Positions 48,801 through 61,219 of a DNA stretch of 64,000 bases are shown here, piece by piece. The stretch covers positions 33,914,001 through 33,978,000 of the forward strand of contig NC_043008.1 in the NCBI RefSeq assembly GCF_006345805.1. The letters are read 5' to 3'. Made by a program: the position numbers and the translations under genes. Below the pieces are notes generated by a model. The model ran no database searches. It worked only from the letters and a program-made list of their open reading frames with translations, and was not told the origin of the DNA. Position 1 is the stretch's first letter, and each line of letters opens with the position of its first letter. The DNA is from Octopus sinensis (lineage: Eukaryota).

Positions 48801-49953
48801 AACGTATAGAAGGTGGTAGAGGCCTTATACAGCTGGAAAACTACTATAAAATAACCACCATAGGACTGCAAAAATATCTATTTCAGAAGGAAGGAAAACT
48901 GATACAAATAGCGGCAAAACACGAGCAAAACAAAAAACTGTTCTCAGTATTTAAGGAAGCTGACAAGTACAAACAAGAAATCATACCACCTAACAAATAT
49001 GAAGAAGAAGAAGATGAAGAAACAACAAAAGCTATAAAACAAATGAAATCCAAACTAAAACTAGAACAGCAAAGAACCATGATAAAACGATGGCAAGAAA
49101 AGCCCCTTCGTGGTAAATACTGGACTAAACTAAATGCAAAAGAAATAGACAAAGAAAAATCCCAGCAATGGTTGAGAAGCTCAGGACTCAAAGCAGAGAC
49201 AGAGGGATTTTTAATTGCAGCACAAGACCAAAGCCTCCCCACCAGAAATTACCCAAAACATGTAAAGAAAAGAAATATAACAAGTAACTGCAGAATATGT
49301 GGAGATGGACAAGAAACAATAAATCATATAATCTCTGGCTGCCCAGTCCTGGCTAAGAAGGAATATATTCACAGACATGACAGAGTTGGAACCTACATAC
49401 ACTGGAAGCTATGCCAACATTATGGAATAACAACAGAAAAAAGATGGTATAGGCACACACCAGAAAAGAATCACAGAAAACGAGAAAGCAACCATACTCT
49501 GGGATATGCCGATACACAAAGATAGAGAAATTAAGGCCAACAGACCAGATATAGCTGTCAGAGATCATGAAGAAAAAAAATGCTTTCTAATTGATGTATC
49601 AATACCGGCAGATGACAACGTGTCTCTAAAAGAAATGGAGAAACTTTCAAAATACAAAGACCTGGAAATAGAGGTAACCAGAATGTGGAATCTGAAAACA
49701 GAAACAATTCCTATCATAGTAGGTGCATTAGGCATGATAAAAAAATATTCAGACAAATACATAACAAAAACACCAGGACTTACAAATACATATAACATAC
49801 AGAAAATTGCACTACTAGGCACTGCACACATCCTACGCAGAACACCTTCCATACAATAACCATCAGAGCATCACAACAAATCCCAGCACATACCCAAGGC
49901 ACACAGAGCTGTGCTCGGTAGTGAAGTGAAAGCACGCTATAAAAATAAAACTA

Positions 49954-49956
<3 letters not shown>
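45858..49956 (+). mobile_element. Apparently full-length but disrupted R4/Dong-clade retrotransposon (Myb-like, RT, CCHC, REL), copy 2, in (TAA)n
   Basis: N-terminal RHKWTREEY...LANVRRYIL (Myb-like); RT with YMGD in place of YMDD; CRICGDGQETINHIISGC; RPDIAVRD...IDVS; frameshifts near 46560, 47500, 47733 and 49470, stop at 48173; same 3' UTR as copy 1. Confidence 0.92.
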
Positions 49957-49997
<41 letters not shown>

Positions 49998-50008
49998 TGA
50001 TGATGATG

Positions 50009-50051
<43 letters not shown>

Positions 50052-50208
50052 GAAGAAGAAGAATGGGTTCAAATTTTGGCACAAGGCCAGCAATTTGTGG
50101 GGTGGGGTTATATCAATTACCTCAGTGCTCAACTAGTGTTTATTTTTTCGACACCAAAAGGATGAAGGATAATGTCAGCCTTGGTGGAATAATAATAATA
50201 ATAATTAT

Positions 50209-50635
50209 ACTCAATACCACAGATTTGCTCATCAGTTGTTTGACCTGAACCAATTGAGCATGGCTGATGATATGTGCATCCCTGGTTATGAGCTGAAGTA
50301 GTGGGGTAGCATCATAGCCACATGTTGAGAAGAATTCTTTGTGGTTCGAATAATTCACCTTTTGGAAATATGGTTGTTTTGTTCCACATGCTTAAACAAC
50401 CCTTATTCAGGGAGCTTTTGAGCAGAGTGGGCTACTCAACCAGAACAAAACTCTAACTGGGACCCACCTGCAAGTTTATGTGCTGTTTATCTTGATATGA
50501 GATCACTATGTTGCACACATGTAGTTGTGATGCATGTGTCCGGTGTATTCTTATCATATGGGTAGTCATGATGGGTATATTGGGCTTTGTACCCCAGTGT
50601 AACTTTGATATCCTGCACTGCTCTCTCACTCACTC
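50209..50635 (+). mobile_element. ~550-bp (TAA)n-flanked repeat, copy 2 (5'-truncated)
   Basis: Starts at ctcaataccacagatttgct after (AAT)6; ends ctctctcactcactc followed by (AAT)n. Confidence 0.75.
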
Positions 50636-50660
50636 AATAATAATAATAATAATGATGATG

Positions 50661-50706
<46 letters not shown>

Positions 50707-51753
50707 GTGCACTCAGAGAGTGCAAACCTTTACTGAAGCAACACCAATGCCCTCTTGACAATTAGCCAGAGATGATTATTAAAATGAGAATATCTGAAAT
50801 AAAGTCGACTGCTTTCACAAATGAGAATACTAAAAATGAACCCGACTGCTCTCAAAAATTAAGTAAAAAAAAACCTGAAAAATAATCCAGAATTTTTGTC
50901 CAGTCCCAATGGTAGTCGTGGAATGTGAAGGTGGGTGTGTGGGCCATGTTTGTAACACCGTGCGTGTGTGTTCTCTACAGTGAGAAGAGACAGTTTTCTC
51001 TATGAAGGCCTTTTTTAGTCTACCCACTGATATAGTGTCTTTACAACCATTAAGGTCTATAGTGAAAAATTTATCTGAGCATGAAAGAAAATGGAAAGGA
51101 CCTATGGTGCTGTTGATGGAGATTTAATAACATCGTTGGGCACAAAAACGTGAGTCCAAGTAGTAAAGCTTTCATCAAGACAGAGCTAGAAATGAAATTG
51201 CCAAGAAGGGAAGAGGTTTTAAACAGGAATGATATATCCAAAATTGGTAGAACTAGAAATTGCCAAGGATAAATTAAATTTATTATAGTTACTGAATATG
51301 TTAATGCTATTTAATTTCTGAACGGTTTTGCTGCTGTTTGTTTATGCAGTTTGATTTCTTTATCCATCAGTTTCTACTAAGATAGAGACACAAATAAAAA
51401 TAATAATAGAGAAACAAAAATAAAACTTTGGAAACAGCAATGCCACCATAAACTATGTGGAAACCATGAGTGTGCTTTTTATGGGAGATAATCAGAGAAA
51501 GACTTGAAAGTGAACGTAAGATCATAATACTCAATGTAAAGTAAAGTAAATATAAACAAATAATCCAGAATCTTTGTTTGGCACTGGAGCAATCCCAAAA
51601 TCTAATCGGTTTGTGCCAGTCACAAGGCCAAACCTCCCTGAAAGTTTCATCTAAAATCATCCAGCAGTTCTTGAGATATTTTGTCCGCGTTGAAACAAGC
51701 AAACAAATATGACCAAAAACAATACCTCTGCCTTCGCTAAGGTGGAGGAAATA

Positions 51754-52292
51754 AATGCTCTGATGCAGTCCTAGGCAGTTGCTCTTATGGCTTTTGATCT
51801 TAACTGATTGGAAGTGTTACCATGTACATAATTTGTCTTGGTATAAAAGATGGGCTACAGCAAATATTCTGCTCAATACCACAGATTCGCTTGTCAGTTG
51901 CTTGACCATAACCAGTTGAGCATGTTCTTTAATGACTGACAGTATGTACATCTTTGGTCACAAGCAGAAGCAGTTGGTGAGCATCATAGCTATGTGTTGA
52001 AAGGAATTCTTTGGGGTTTGAATAATTCATCCCTGGAAACATGGGTGTCTTGTTCATCATCCTTAAACAAACCCTTTTCAAGGACTTTTGAGCAGGATGG
52101 GGCTGCTCAACCTGAAGAAAATTCTAACTGGACACCACCTGGTCATGCACTGTTTATCTTGATATGAAATCACATGTCATGCATATATGGTTGTGATGCA
52201 CCCTTATCAGACAGGTAGTCATGATATGTATATCGAGCTTCATATATTTGTACCCTAGTGTCACTTTGATGTCATGCACTACTCTCTCACTC
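51754..52292 (+). mobile_element. ~550-bp (TAA)n-tailed repeat, copy 3
   Basis: aatgctctgatgcagtcctaggcag...actctctcactc followed by (AAT)n to 52373. Confidence 0.8.
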
Positions 52293-52326
52293 AATGATAA
52301 TAACAATAATAATGATAATAATGATC

Positions 52327-52374
<48 letters not shown>

Positions 52375-52864
52375 GCAACAACAAACAAGTTTGATTAATT
52401 CATATTTTATTGGCTAAAGACAAAGATAGTGCCCATGACTAAACAGATCCTCCAAGACTAAAGAGCATTTTGTTGCTAATGTTCCTTTGAAACAGTTGCA
52501 ATTCAACACCACAAGGAAAATCTAAGCTGAAGAAGATTCCAGAAAGGCCAATGGTCAAGAGCAAAAGGACTGAGCATAGTTCTTAGGGCAGGGTCAGGTG
52601 AGGGTGGGGTGATAAGATATAACAAAGGTGATAAGAGCTGAAGAAACATGTGAGTAGGACGACAGGAGTGCCTTAGGGATGAATGTATGTGTGTGCACAA
52701 GCATGTGTGTGGGTGTGCATGTGTACGTGTGTGTGTGTGAGTGTGTGTGTGAGTGTGTGTGTGCATGTTTGTGCGTGTCTATTATAGATACACATGTCGT
52801 TGCTATTTACCTCAGTTTGGCCATGTCTGAGCAAACCTGTGATCAAAGGTATTCCATTCATAAC

Positions 52865-53270
52865 CATAGGCACAGGCATGGCTGCATGGTAAGAAACCTG
52901 CTTCCTAACAACATGGTTCCACGTTCAGTCCCACCATGTGCCATCTTGAACAAATGTCTTCTACTATAGCCTCAGGCCAAAAATGCCTGTGATTGGTTTT
53001 GGTAGATGGAAACTAAAAGAAGCCTGTCATATGTGCGTGTGTGTGTGTATGTGTCTTTGTGCCTGTGTTTGTCCCCCCCATCACTGCTTGACAAATGGTG
53101 TTGGTGTGTTTATATCTTCATAACTTAGTAGTTCAGCAAAATGAACCAATAGAATAAATAAATACTAGGCTTAAAAAAATAAATCGTGGGTCGACTTGTT
53201 CGACTAAAACCCTTCAAGGCAGTGCTCCAGCATGGCTGCAGTCAAATAAGTCAAACAAGTAAAAGAATAA
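52865..53270 (+). mobile_element. SINE family A, near full length
   Basis: ggcatggctgcatggtaagaaacctgcttcc...aaacaagtaaaagaataaa. Confidence 0.7.
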
Positions 53271-53444
53271 AATTTTAAAATCTCATGTTTTTTTAACATA
53301 GTGTACCTGAAACAACATAAACCAATGTGCTCTTCCTGTTTTATGATGGTAAGGTTAGAGATGAGAAAGATTTAAATGCTATTTCTACTCAGTCAGATAA
53401 TCATGAGGAAGCTCCCTCATTAGCACACAGGTACACATATTTGT

Positions 53445-53660
53445 AAGGCGGCGAGTTGGCAGTAACATTAGCATACCAGGCAAAATGCTTAGCGGTTTTT
53501 TGTCTGTCTTTACATTCTGAGTTCAAATTCCGCCAAGGTCGACTTTACCTATCATCTTTTCAGGGTAGATAAATTGAGTACCAGTTGCATACTGGGGTCG
53601 ATATAATCGACTTACCCCCTCCCTACAAATTTCGGGCCTTGTGTCTAGAGTAGAAAAGAA
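53445..53660 (+). mobile_element. SINE family B, well preserved
   Basis: ggcggcgagttggcagtaacattagc...aggtcgactttacctatcatc...ggccttgtgtctagagtagaaaag. Confidence 0.8.
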
Positions 53661-54292
53661 AAGGTACACATATTTTAATGGGAAATTTTGAGTACTGAGT
53701 GTAACTGGTCTGACTTTCAATAAAGTGTGATATATTTTCTCTATTTCCAAAAAGTCATTCAAATATTTTGTTTACTTTCAGATTATGAATCGCATTTTCA
53801 TCTTACTTTCTCTCCTGCAAATAGTTTATAGTAAGTATTCTAACTTATAAATTCTTTCATGAATTCTTGAAATATTAATTTTCATCTCATCAAAAACATA
53901 GACATCGATTCATTTCTGTTTTACATAATGTTACATTCTTATATTTCAGTTGCATTATCATAATTGTGTGTGTGATGTGTGTTTGTGTGCATGTGTGTGT
54001 GCATGTATGTATACACACATGCATATATGTGTGTGTGAGTTTGTGTGTAAAATGAAACAAAATATAAACGAGTGTTTTTGCCTTTTACTCTTTTAAGTCA
54101 TTGGACTGTGGCCATGCTGGGGCACTGTCAAACAAATCAACCAGAACACATACTTTTTTTTTAACCTGGTATTCATTCTATCAGCCTCTTTTGCTGAATC
54201 GCTAAGTCATGGTTATGTAAACAAACCAACACTAGTTGCCAAGCAGTGGTAGGGGACAAATACAAACACAAAAACAGATCCACAAATCAATA

Positions 54293-54468
54293 TACCATAT
54301 TTTATAAGGAACCCTCGTGTATAAGGAACTCCCTAATTTTGGGGCTTAAAATTTGGGAAAATGGTTTTGTAAGAGATTATAATACTATCCATATATAAGA
54401 AACTCCCATATTTTTTAACCTAATTTTTGAAAACAAAAGGGTTCCTTATACATGTTATAATAGGGTAT
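54293..54468. mobile_element. Tc1/pogo-type MITE, tentative
   Basis: taccatattttataaggaaccct ... agggttccttatacatgttataatagggta inverted termini. Confidence 0.5.
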
Positions 54469-54473
54469 ATATG

Positions 54474-54672
54474 AGGTGGAGTGCTGAAAAGTCCTGGCTT
54501 TAAGGCTATCCTGAAAAGCCTGGCTGGAGGCCCAAACTTAAAGGTCTTTTGCAGGGTTTAGAAAAACTGAAGGACCATTGTATGAAAGGGGAATACTTTG
54601 AATAAAATTTTAGTTAACTAATCCTCCTGTATTTTCTCTTACCCAAAGCCAGGAACTTTTCAGCACTCCCTC
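54474..54672. mobile_element. Mariner-type MITE
   Basis: gagtgctgaaaagtcctggcttt / aaagccaggaacttttcagcactc inverted repeats. Confidence 0.7.
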
Positions 54673-54699
54673 ATGTGTGTGTGTGTGTGTATCATCATT

Positions 54700-56870
54700 A
54701 CATCATCATCATCATTTAGAGTCTGCTTTCCATGCTAGCATGGGTTAGACAGTTTGACTGAAACTGGTAAGCTGGAGAGCTGCACTAAGTTCTAGTCATG
54801 GCATGGTTTCTAAGGCTGGATGCCCTTCACAACACCAACCACTCCATAAAGTATACTGGGTGCCTTTTACATGTCACTGGCATGGGTCCCAGTTACATGA
54901 TACTTGCATCAGTCAAAACTCTGATTTCATTTGGTTTGATGAGTTTTCTCATGCACAGCAAATTGCCAAAGGTCTCGGTCACTTGTCATTGCCTCCATGA
55001 GGCCCAATGTTCAGTTATGCATTCCACGTGCATTTTATGTGTCAGTTATGTGACACTAGCATTGGCCACAACTACTATTCCACTTGGCTTGATGAATCTT
55101 CTCAAGCACAACACATCACTAAAGGTCTTGGTCAATTCTCATTGCCTCAATGAGGCCAACTATTTGAAGATTATGCTTCACCACCCTATTCTAAGTCTTT
55201 CTGGGTGTACCTCTATCACAGGTTCCCTCCACAGTTAGAAATCGACATTTCTTTACCCACCTATCCTCGTACATATGCATCACATAACTATAGCAGTGAA
55301 GTTGTCTCTCTTGCACACCACATCTGATGCCTCTTATGCCCAACTTTCCTCTCAAGATGCTTACACTCTGTCGTACATGCAGACTGACATTGCACAGCCA
55401 GCAAAGTACATTAACTTCATTTCTTTCAAGCCTATGCATGTCCTCAGTGGTCATTGCCCATGTTTCACTACTGTGTAGCATGGCTGTTTATACACAGACA
55501 TCAAACACACTGCCTTTCATTCTGTAAGAGAGGCCCTATGTTACCAACAGAGGTAGGAGCTCTTTGAACTTTGCCCAGCCTATTCTTATTCTAGCAGTTA
55601 TTCCCCCAGAGCATCCACTTGCTCACCTAGATAATGGATGCTATCAACTACTTTTAGGCGTCCTCCCTGGTATTTGTTGGAGTCCATTTTCTGAACATTT
55701 TTAGTGTTTATTGTAATTGTACACCTTCCACATTCAAAATCTATTTCCCCTGTTAACTTTCCTCTGATATTGCTGCACCTCTTATGTGTCCATAGCTTGT
55801 ACATCTTATGGAGTTTCTACTTATGCCTTTTCCACATACTGAGGAGGGCCATCTATATGAAGGAATTTGTGATTGGTTCACTTTCCTAGGATCTAGGATC
55901 TTGGTTTTTGCTAAATCAACTTTAAGTCTCTTTGATTCTAGATCTTGCTTCCACACCTAAAATTTCTTCTCTAGTTCTGGTAGTGATTTGGCAATAAGAA
56001 TAAGGTCATCAGTACAGAGGAGCTCCCAGGGACAGCCCGACTTAAATTCCTCTGTTATTGCCTGGAGGACTATGAAGAACAAGAGGGAGCTGAGGATTGA
56101 TCATTGGTGAACCCTTCTCATACCCTGAATTCATCGTAGTAATTGTTGCCAACTCTCACCTTACTGAGAGCCTCTCTGTACATGGCTTGTACAGCTCTAA
56201 TTACTCCACATTGACCACCAGATAAGAGAGTGGGAGACCCTGTCAAAGGCTTTCTCCATATCAACAAAAACCAAGTATAGAGGTTTATTTTTGGCTCAGT
56301 ATTCCTCCTTCAGCTTCCTTACCAGAAATATAGCACAGGTGGTGCTTCTCCCTGGCACAAAACCAAACTGTGTCTCATTTAGACTAACTCTCTTCCTAAT
56401 TAGTTGGGCTACAACCCTCTCTATAACTTTCATTGCCTGATGCAACAATTTGATACCTCTGTAATTGTTTCTGTCTAAGCTGTTGCCTTTACCTTTGAGC
56501 AGCTGACAATGGTGTTGCTATACCAGTCATTTGGTATAACTTCCTCAGGTATAACCTGAGTAACTAGACTATAACCAACACTGTCAGGTATTTTAAACAT
56601 CTCAGCAGTGATTCCTGATAGGTTGGGGGCTTTCCTAGTCTTCATATTCTTCATGGCTTTATCTACCATGCTACTGTCTGTTCTGATTGGTAGGCAGACT
56701 TTCCTTCTCCCATGAGTTCATTACATTTAGTAGCCTTTCATAATGGCACTTCCAAGCCTCTTTTTTTGCAGTGTCACTAATTACCATTGAATCATCATCC
56801 AGGTGAACACACTTTTTCCCAACAACATCACAGTTTTCCGTGGCCTACTGTTTTGCAAACCAAAACACTT
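54700..56870 (-). mobile_element. 5'-truncated decayed RTE-clade LINE with a PHD-like finger between RT and thumb; 3' UTR ending in (ATG)n
   Basis: KEAWKCHYERLLNV, KAPNLSGITAEMFK, LHSSETW..RLERNE, RGTPRKT; CSVC...CT..KLWTHKRC...CGRC. Confidence 0.85.
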
Positions 56871-56879
56871 GTATGGTTA

Positions 56880-57625
56880 AACGACCGTACGTAAGGAGTT
56901 GGCGTCAAATGTCTCCTTTAGAATGCCGCACGGTCGTTCCCTAACATAAATAAGAAAGCCAAATACATGGATATAAAAAACAGTGCCAAAAGAATGAATG
57001 ATGACAACAAGCCGTTCTACTGTTTGAGAGAGGACTTTATTTACAATGTGTACAATGAGAGTGTGTGTGAGTGTTAGCGAGGTGTTGTGTATGTGAGCAT
57101 GCGACAAGTGTTTGTGTCTGTGTGTCCGTGTGTGCGACAGAAGGTACAAATAAAGGTGCATGCATATAACAGAGAACAGAGCATAAGATACATCTCAGCA
57201 TATTGAGTTAAGATAGAGTTAGTTTACCAGTTCATGAGTTACACAATAGTAAGTTCTATAACAAGATGTTGTGGCTCATGTGGCAGAGCCGGTTACTACA
57301 CGTGTAGAAGTTGTGGCTCTCATGCCGTACCGAGTCTCTTGATATAGATAGTTCTTTTGGTAGACTGACTGTTTCTTCTCGGTGAAAGATTCACACAAAC
57401 AGCGTGAGTTAAACTTGGTCGTGTCGTTGATGTATACATGTTGAAGTCGACGGAGATGTAGACGACGATGGTGGAGACAACGTAAAGCTGTGGGTGTTCA
57501 TTAGCGTCGTCGTAGCTGAAGCAGGAGCATGGCTGGCAGGCTGGTCGTCTGTCGTTGGAACTGGAACATGGCTGAGTAGCGCTGTGATCAGTGGCTAGAC
57601 CTTAAAAGGTCTAAATCCGAAAGAC
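56880..57625. other. CpG-rich unclassified block, possibly a solo-LTR-like element on the minus strand
   Basis: Abrupt CpG enrichment; aataaa on the minus strand near 57040; no ORF homology recognised. Confidence 0.3.
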
Positions 57626-57628
57626 GTG

Positions 57629-58724
57629 GGCGATGTAAGTACCGGATACATTCAAAACAGTGTTTTTTTTTTATATATGGAGGGGTTAGAGTTAGGGTTT
57701 CTATTAGGGTTAGGGTGGGAAAAAAGGGGGATCTTTTCCTTTTGAACGGCAGTTTTCAACACAATTTCCAGTTAACTAATCACTTTTAAACTTCGTATAC
57801 TGGTAGAATGATCAAAATAAAACATTTTTTTCTCTTGGCTTTCTTGAGAAAATTGTAATTTGTAAGTTTAATGTAGTTTAATTTTTCGAATTTTAACCAA
57901 TCCTGTGCCCTCTTTTGAGCTAAAATCATTTGCTGCGTCTAAAACTGAGACAACATCCTGTCACTAACCCTAACCCTCACCCTAACCCAAACCCTAAATT
58001 TTAGCCTTTCGTTTTTTTTGTCTTAATTGTTAAATTAATTTAATTGTTACGTGTGTGTCTAAAATTATTCGTTTTGTTTTTGTTTTGAGTTTTTGCTTTC
58101 GTTTTAGCCTTTTGTTTTGTTTTTTTTCTTAATTGTTAAATTAAAATTATTTTCCATTGCTTTCATTTTAGCCTTTCGTTTTTTTTTTCTTAATTGTCAT
58201 CCTTAAATTAATTTAACAAATAAAAAAAAAACAAAAAATGAAAGGCTAAAATTTAGGGTTACGATTAGTGACAGGATGTTGTCTGTTTTAGACGCAGCAA
58301 ATGATTTTAGCTCGATAGAGGGCATAGGATTGGTTAAAATTCGAAAAAGTAAACTACGTTAAACAAACGAATTACAATTTTCTCAAGAAAGCCAAGAGAA
58401 AAAAATGTTTTATTTTGACACATTCTACCAGTATACGAAGTTTAAAAGTGTTTAGTTAACTAGAAATTGTGTTGAAAACTGCCATTCAAAAGGAAAAGAT
58501 CCGACAAGGGTTTCTGTTATCTTCAGAAATGTAAACAAAGTCACGTGTGTACATATACCGAAGCATCGCCACACACCCTAACACAAACCCTAACCCTAAC
58601 CTTAACCCTAACCTTAACCCTAACCTTAACCCTAACCCTAACCCCCATATATATAAAAAAACACTTTTTTGAAATGTATCTGGTACTTCCGGAAGTACAC
58701 CAGTACTTATATCGTAACATCGCC
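57629..58724. mobile_element. ~1.1-kb foldback element with TTAGGG/CCCTAA tracts in its arms
   Basis: 57730-58010 is the reverse complement of 58225-58500; outer ggcgatg..gtaccggatacattcaaaac / tttgaaatgtatctggtac..catcgcc; telomeric hexamers at 57683-57716, 57964-57996 and 58577-58644. Confidence 0.8.
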
Positions 58725-59339
58725 GAATAGGGTGTAGTGAAAATGCTAGCCTATTTAAGGAGTTAAACTGGCTCAAAGAAGGGCATCTTATCCGAAGGTC
58801 ATGATTGGTTGGCTTTACACCCTGGCGCAAAATAAGTAGAGAGACAACTCGCGCTAGATGCCAACCAGTCAGAGCAGTGGACACAACAGGGTCAAACTAG
58901 CCAAAGATGGTTGTAATCTCAAACAAAATCATTCTTATTGTGTCTCCCAAAGAGTGAGGATATCAATATCGCTACACACTTCAAGTCACTGGTCTTCATG
59001 CTGCAGAACATTGGCAAACTTGTTCCCTTTTGCTTTACCCCTGGCTTCCCTTTTAGTTGTCTAATATAGACAACTTGCTACTGCCACACTTCCTGTCCTT
59101 CCAAGTCTATTTCTTTACTTTAATGGTCCTGTCAGCTACACTGTTCCACCACCACATCAATCTTGGCCTAGTTGGGACTTTGCACCTAGTTATTCCTCTA
59201 CTGCATTCTTCACATCTTCACCAAACTGTAGCCGTTAACATTCAGACTTTCTGCAAGCATTTCATTGATATTGTGCTTCAAAGCTTCAATGCGGTTGTGT
59301 CAGGCATTCCGAGAAAAATACATACATGATGCAAAACGC

Positions 59340-60150
59340 TTCAAGTAAGGGATAGAATCCCTAATGCCTACTCCAATTGCGATCTCATTTCATGGACTTT
59401 CATTTATTACTAACTGCCAAAGTTGTGTTCAAAAAGATTTATTCATTACTCAAGTTTCTTAATATCATATCATAAACTGCTAACGAAAATGGTAATTATA
59501 CATTTTACGCTTATCAACTTGAAGCGACTTCCTAATGTGGGCTAATTCAACTTAAACCATCCATACTATTATATATCCAACATAGAAGGATATAAAAAAA
59601 CAATAGGTTTATTAAAAGAAATGGAAAAATAAGCGATGAAATTATTTGGTTTAACCCAAGTTTCAATTCACAAATAAAATCAAAAATAAGTCAGGAATTC
59701 TTCTGAGCATTAGATAGACATTTCCCAAAATGTGCCAAATATCGCAAAATTATCAACAGGCATATGTGACATCTCGCGGGAACACCGACATATGTATACA
59801 TTGGTGGTACAAGAGACACCTTGAAAAATCGTCTGCACCACTATATTACGTCATTTTCCAATGTAAATAAAAGGCACTCCACATTATTATCTAACCTCAT
59901 CTGGAGGTCTAACATAATTGAATGGAGTAGTTGACAAACTGACGTACAATAAAAAATGCCACACCATACACAAGAACATCGCAGGTTTTATGCATAGGAA
60001 AATCCCTGGAGATCCTCACATCCAGTGAAAACATAATTAATAGACACTCCAAAGTAATCAAATCATGTAAGCATAACAGCAAGGTATCATTCCTCGAATT
60101 CGAGAAAAACACTAACTGCCTTTAGCATATAATAAAAAACGAGAGGAACA
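59340..60150 (+). mobile_element. Decayed Penelope-like element (RT end and GIY-YIG)
   Basis: Manual translation EIIWFNPSFNSQIK...DRHFPK and YVYIGGTRDTLKNR...HSTLLSNLIW. Confidence 0.6.
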
Positions 60151-60719
60151 TATTAACAACTAAATGAAACAACCATTATTCTTACATGCTATATGCTATA
60201 CCATTATACCACCAAAAGTAATTAAAAGGACATTTTAACAGAAAATCTTTTGTCAACTCAGACAAGGAACTCCAACAACTGAATAGTCTTACATATTGAC
60301 TTTACTACATCTGAATTTAACAAGAGGCCGCCTGCTATAACTAAAGTCAAACCAATGGACTATACTACCCATCCTGATATCTGCATACTCCAATATCAAA
60401 ATAAGTCTAACATCACCACACACACACCTCTTCTCTGCTTTATAACTACCATTCCTTTCTCTCTCTCCATCATTTTCTATTCCTCCCTGCCAGATACACA
60501 CAGAAATGCCCTCATACCTCAATCAACCTTTACATTGATCAAAATTGATAAACAAACCTCAGTTATACATCTACTGCTTACATCAACAACATAAATGCTG
60601 TATCGCCTGAAGTAATGAAAGCATGAATATGATCCACCTGATGTCCATGGATTCTACGGACAGTACTGTGATCATCCCAGGGATACAGACTATGATTGTA
60701 AAAAACGTGATTTGTAGAA

Positions 60720-61202
60720 ACCTATCATGACTATCCATCTGATAAGGGTACACTGGGTACATTACATTACAATCATATGTGCATGACATTGTGATCTTAT
60801 ATCAAGAGAAACAGGACATGACCTTGCAGGTGGGCTCAGTTAGAATTTTCTTCAGGTTGAGTAGCCCATCCTGCTCAAAAGGTCCCTGAATAGGGTTTGT
60901 TGAAGGATGATGCACAAAACACCCATGTTTCCAGAGGTGAATTATTCAAATCCCAAATAATTCCTTTCAACACATGGCTATGATGTTCCCCCACTACTTC
61001 TGCTCACGACCAGAAATTCACATATCGTCAGCCACCAAGGGATATGCTCAACTGGTTAAGATCAAACAACTGAAAGCAAATCTGTGGTATTGAGCAGTAG
61101 CCCATCATTTATACCAAGGCATAACAATGTACATGATAATACTTCCAATCAGTTAAGATCAAAAGCCGTGAGAGCCACTTCCTGGTACTGTATCAGGGCA
61201 TT
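60720..61202 (-). mobile_element. ~550-bp repeat, copy 4 (3' end missing), directly after the (TAA)4 tail of a Dong-like fragment
   Basis: Reverse complement begins aatgccctgatacagtaccaggaagtggctctcacggc. Confidence 0.8.
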
Positions 61203-61219
61203 TATTATTATTATTATTT

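Noticed and set aside
51091-51149. ATG in good context with a 19-codon frame ending at a GTGAGT donor (MERTYGAVDGDLITSLGTK)
   Set aside because: No compatible phase-2 downstream exon found in the window; needs RNA-seq to revive
58577-58644. True telomere or chromosome-fusion scar
   Set aside because: Short, degenerate tracts embedded symmetrically in a foldback repeat that has a relative elsewhere in the window
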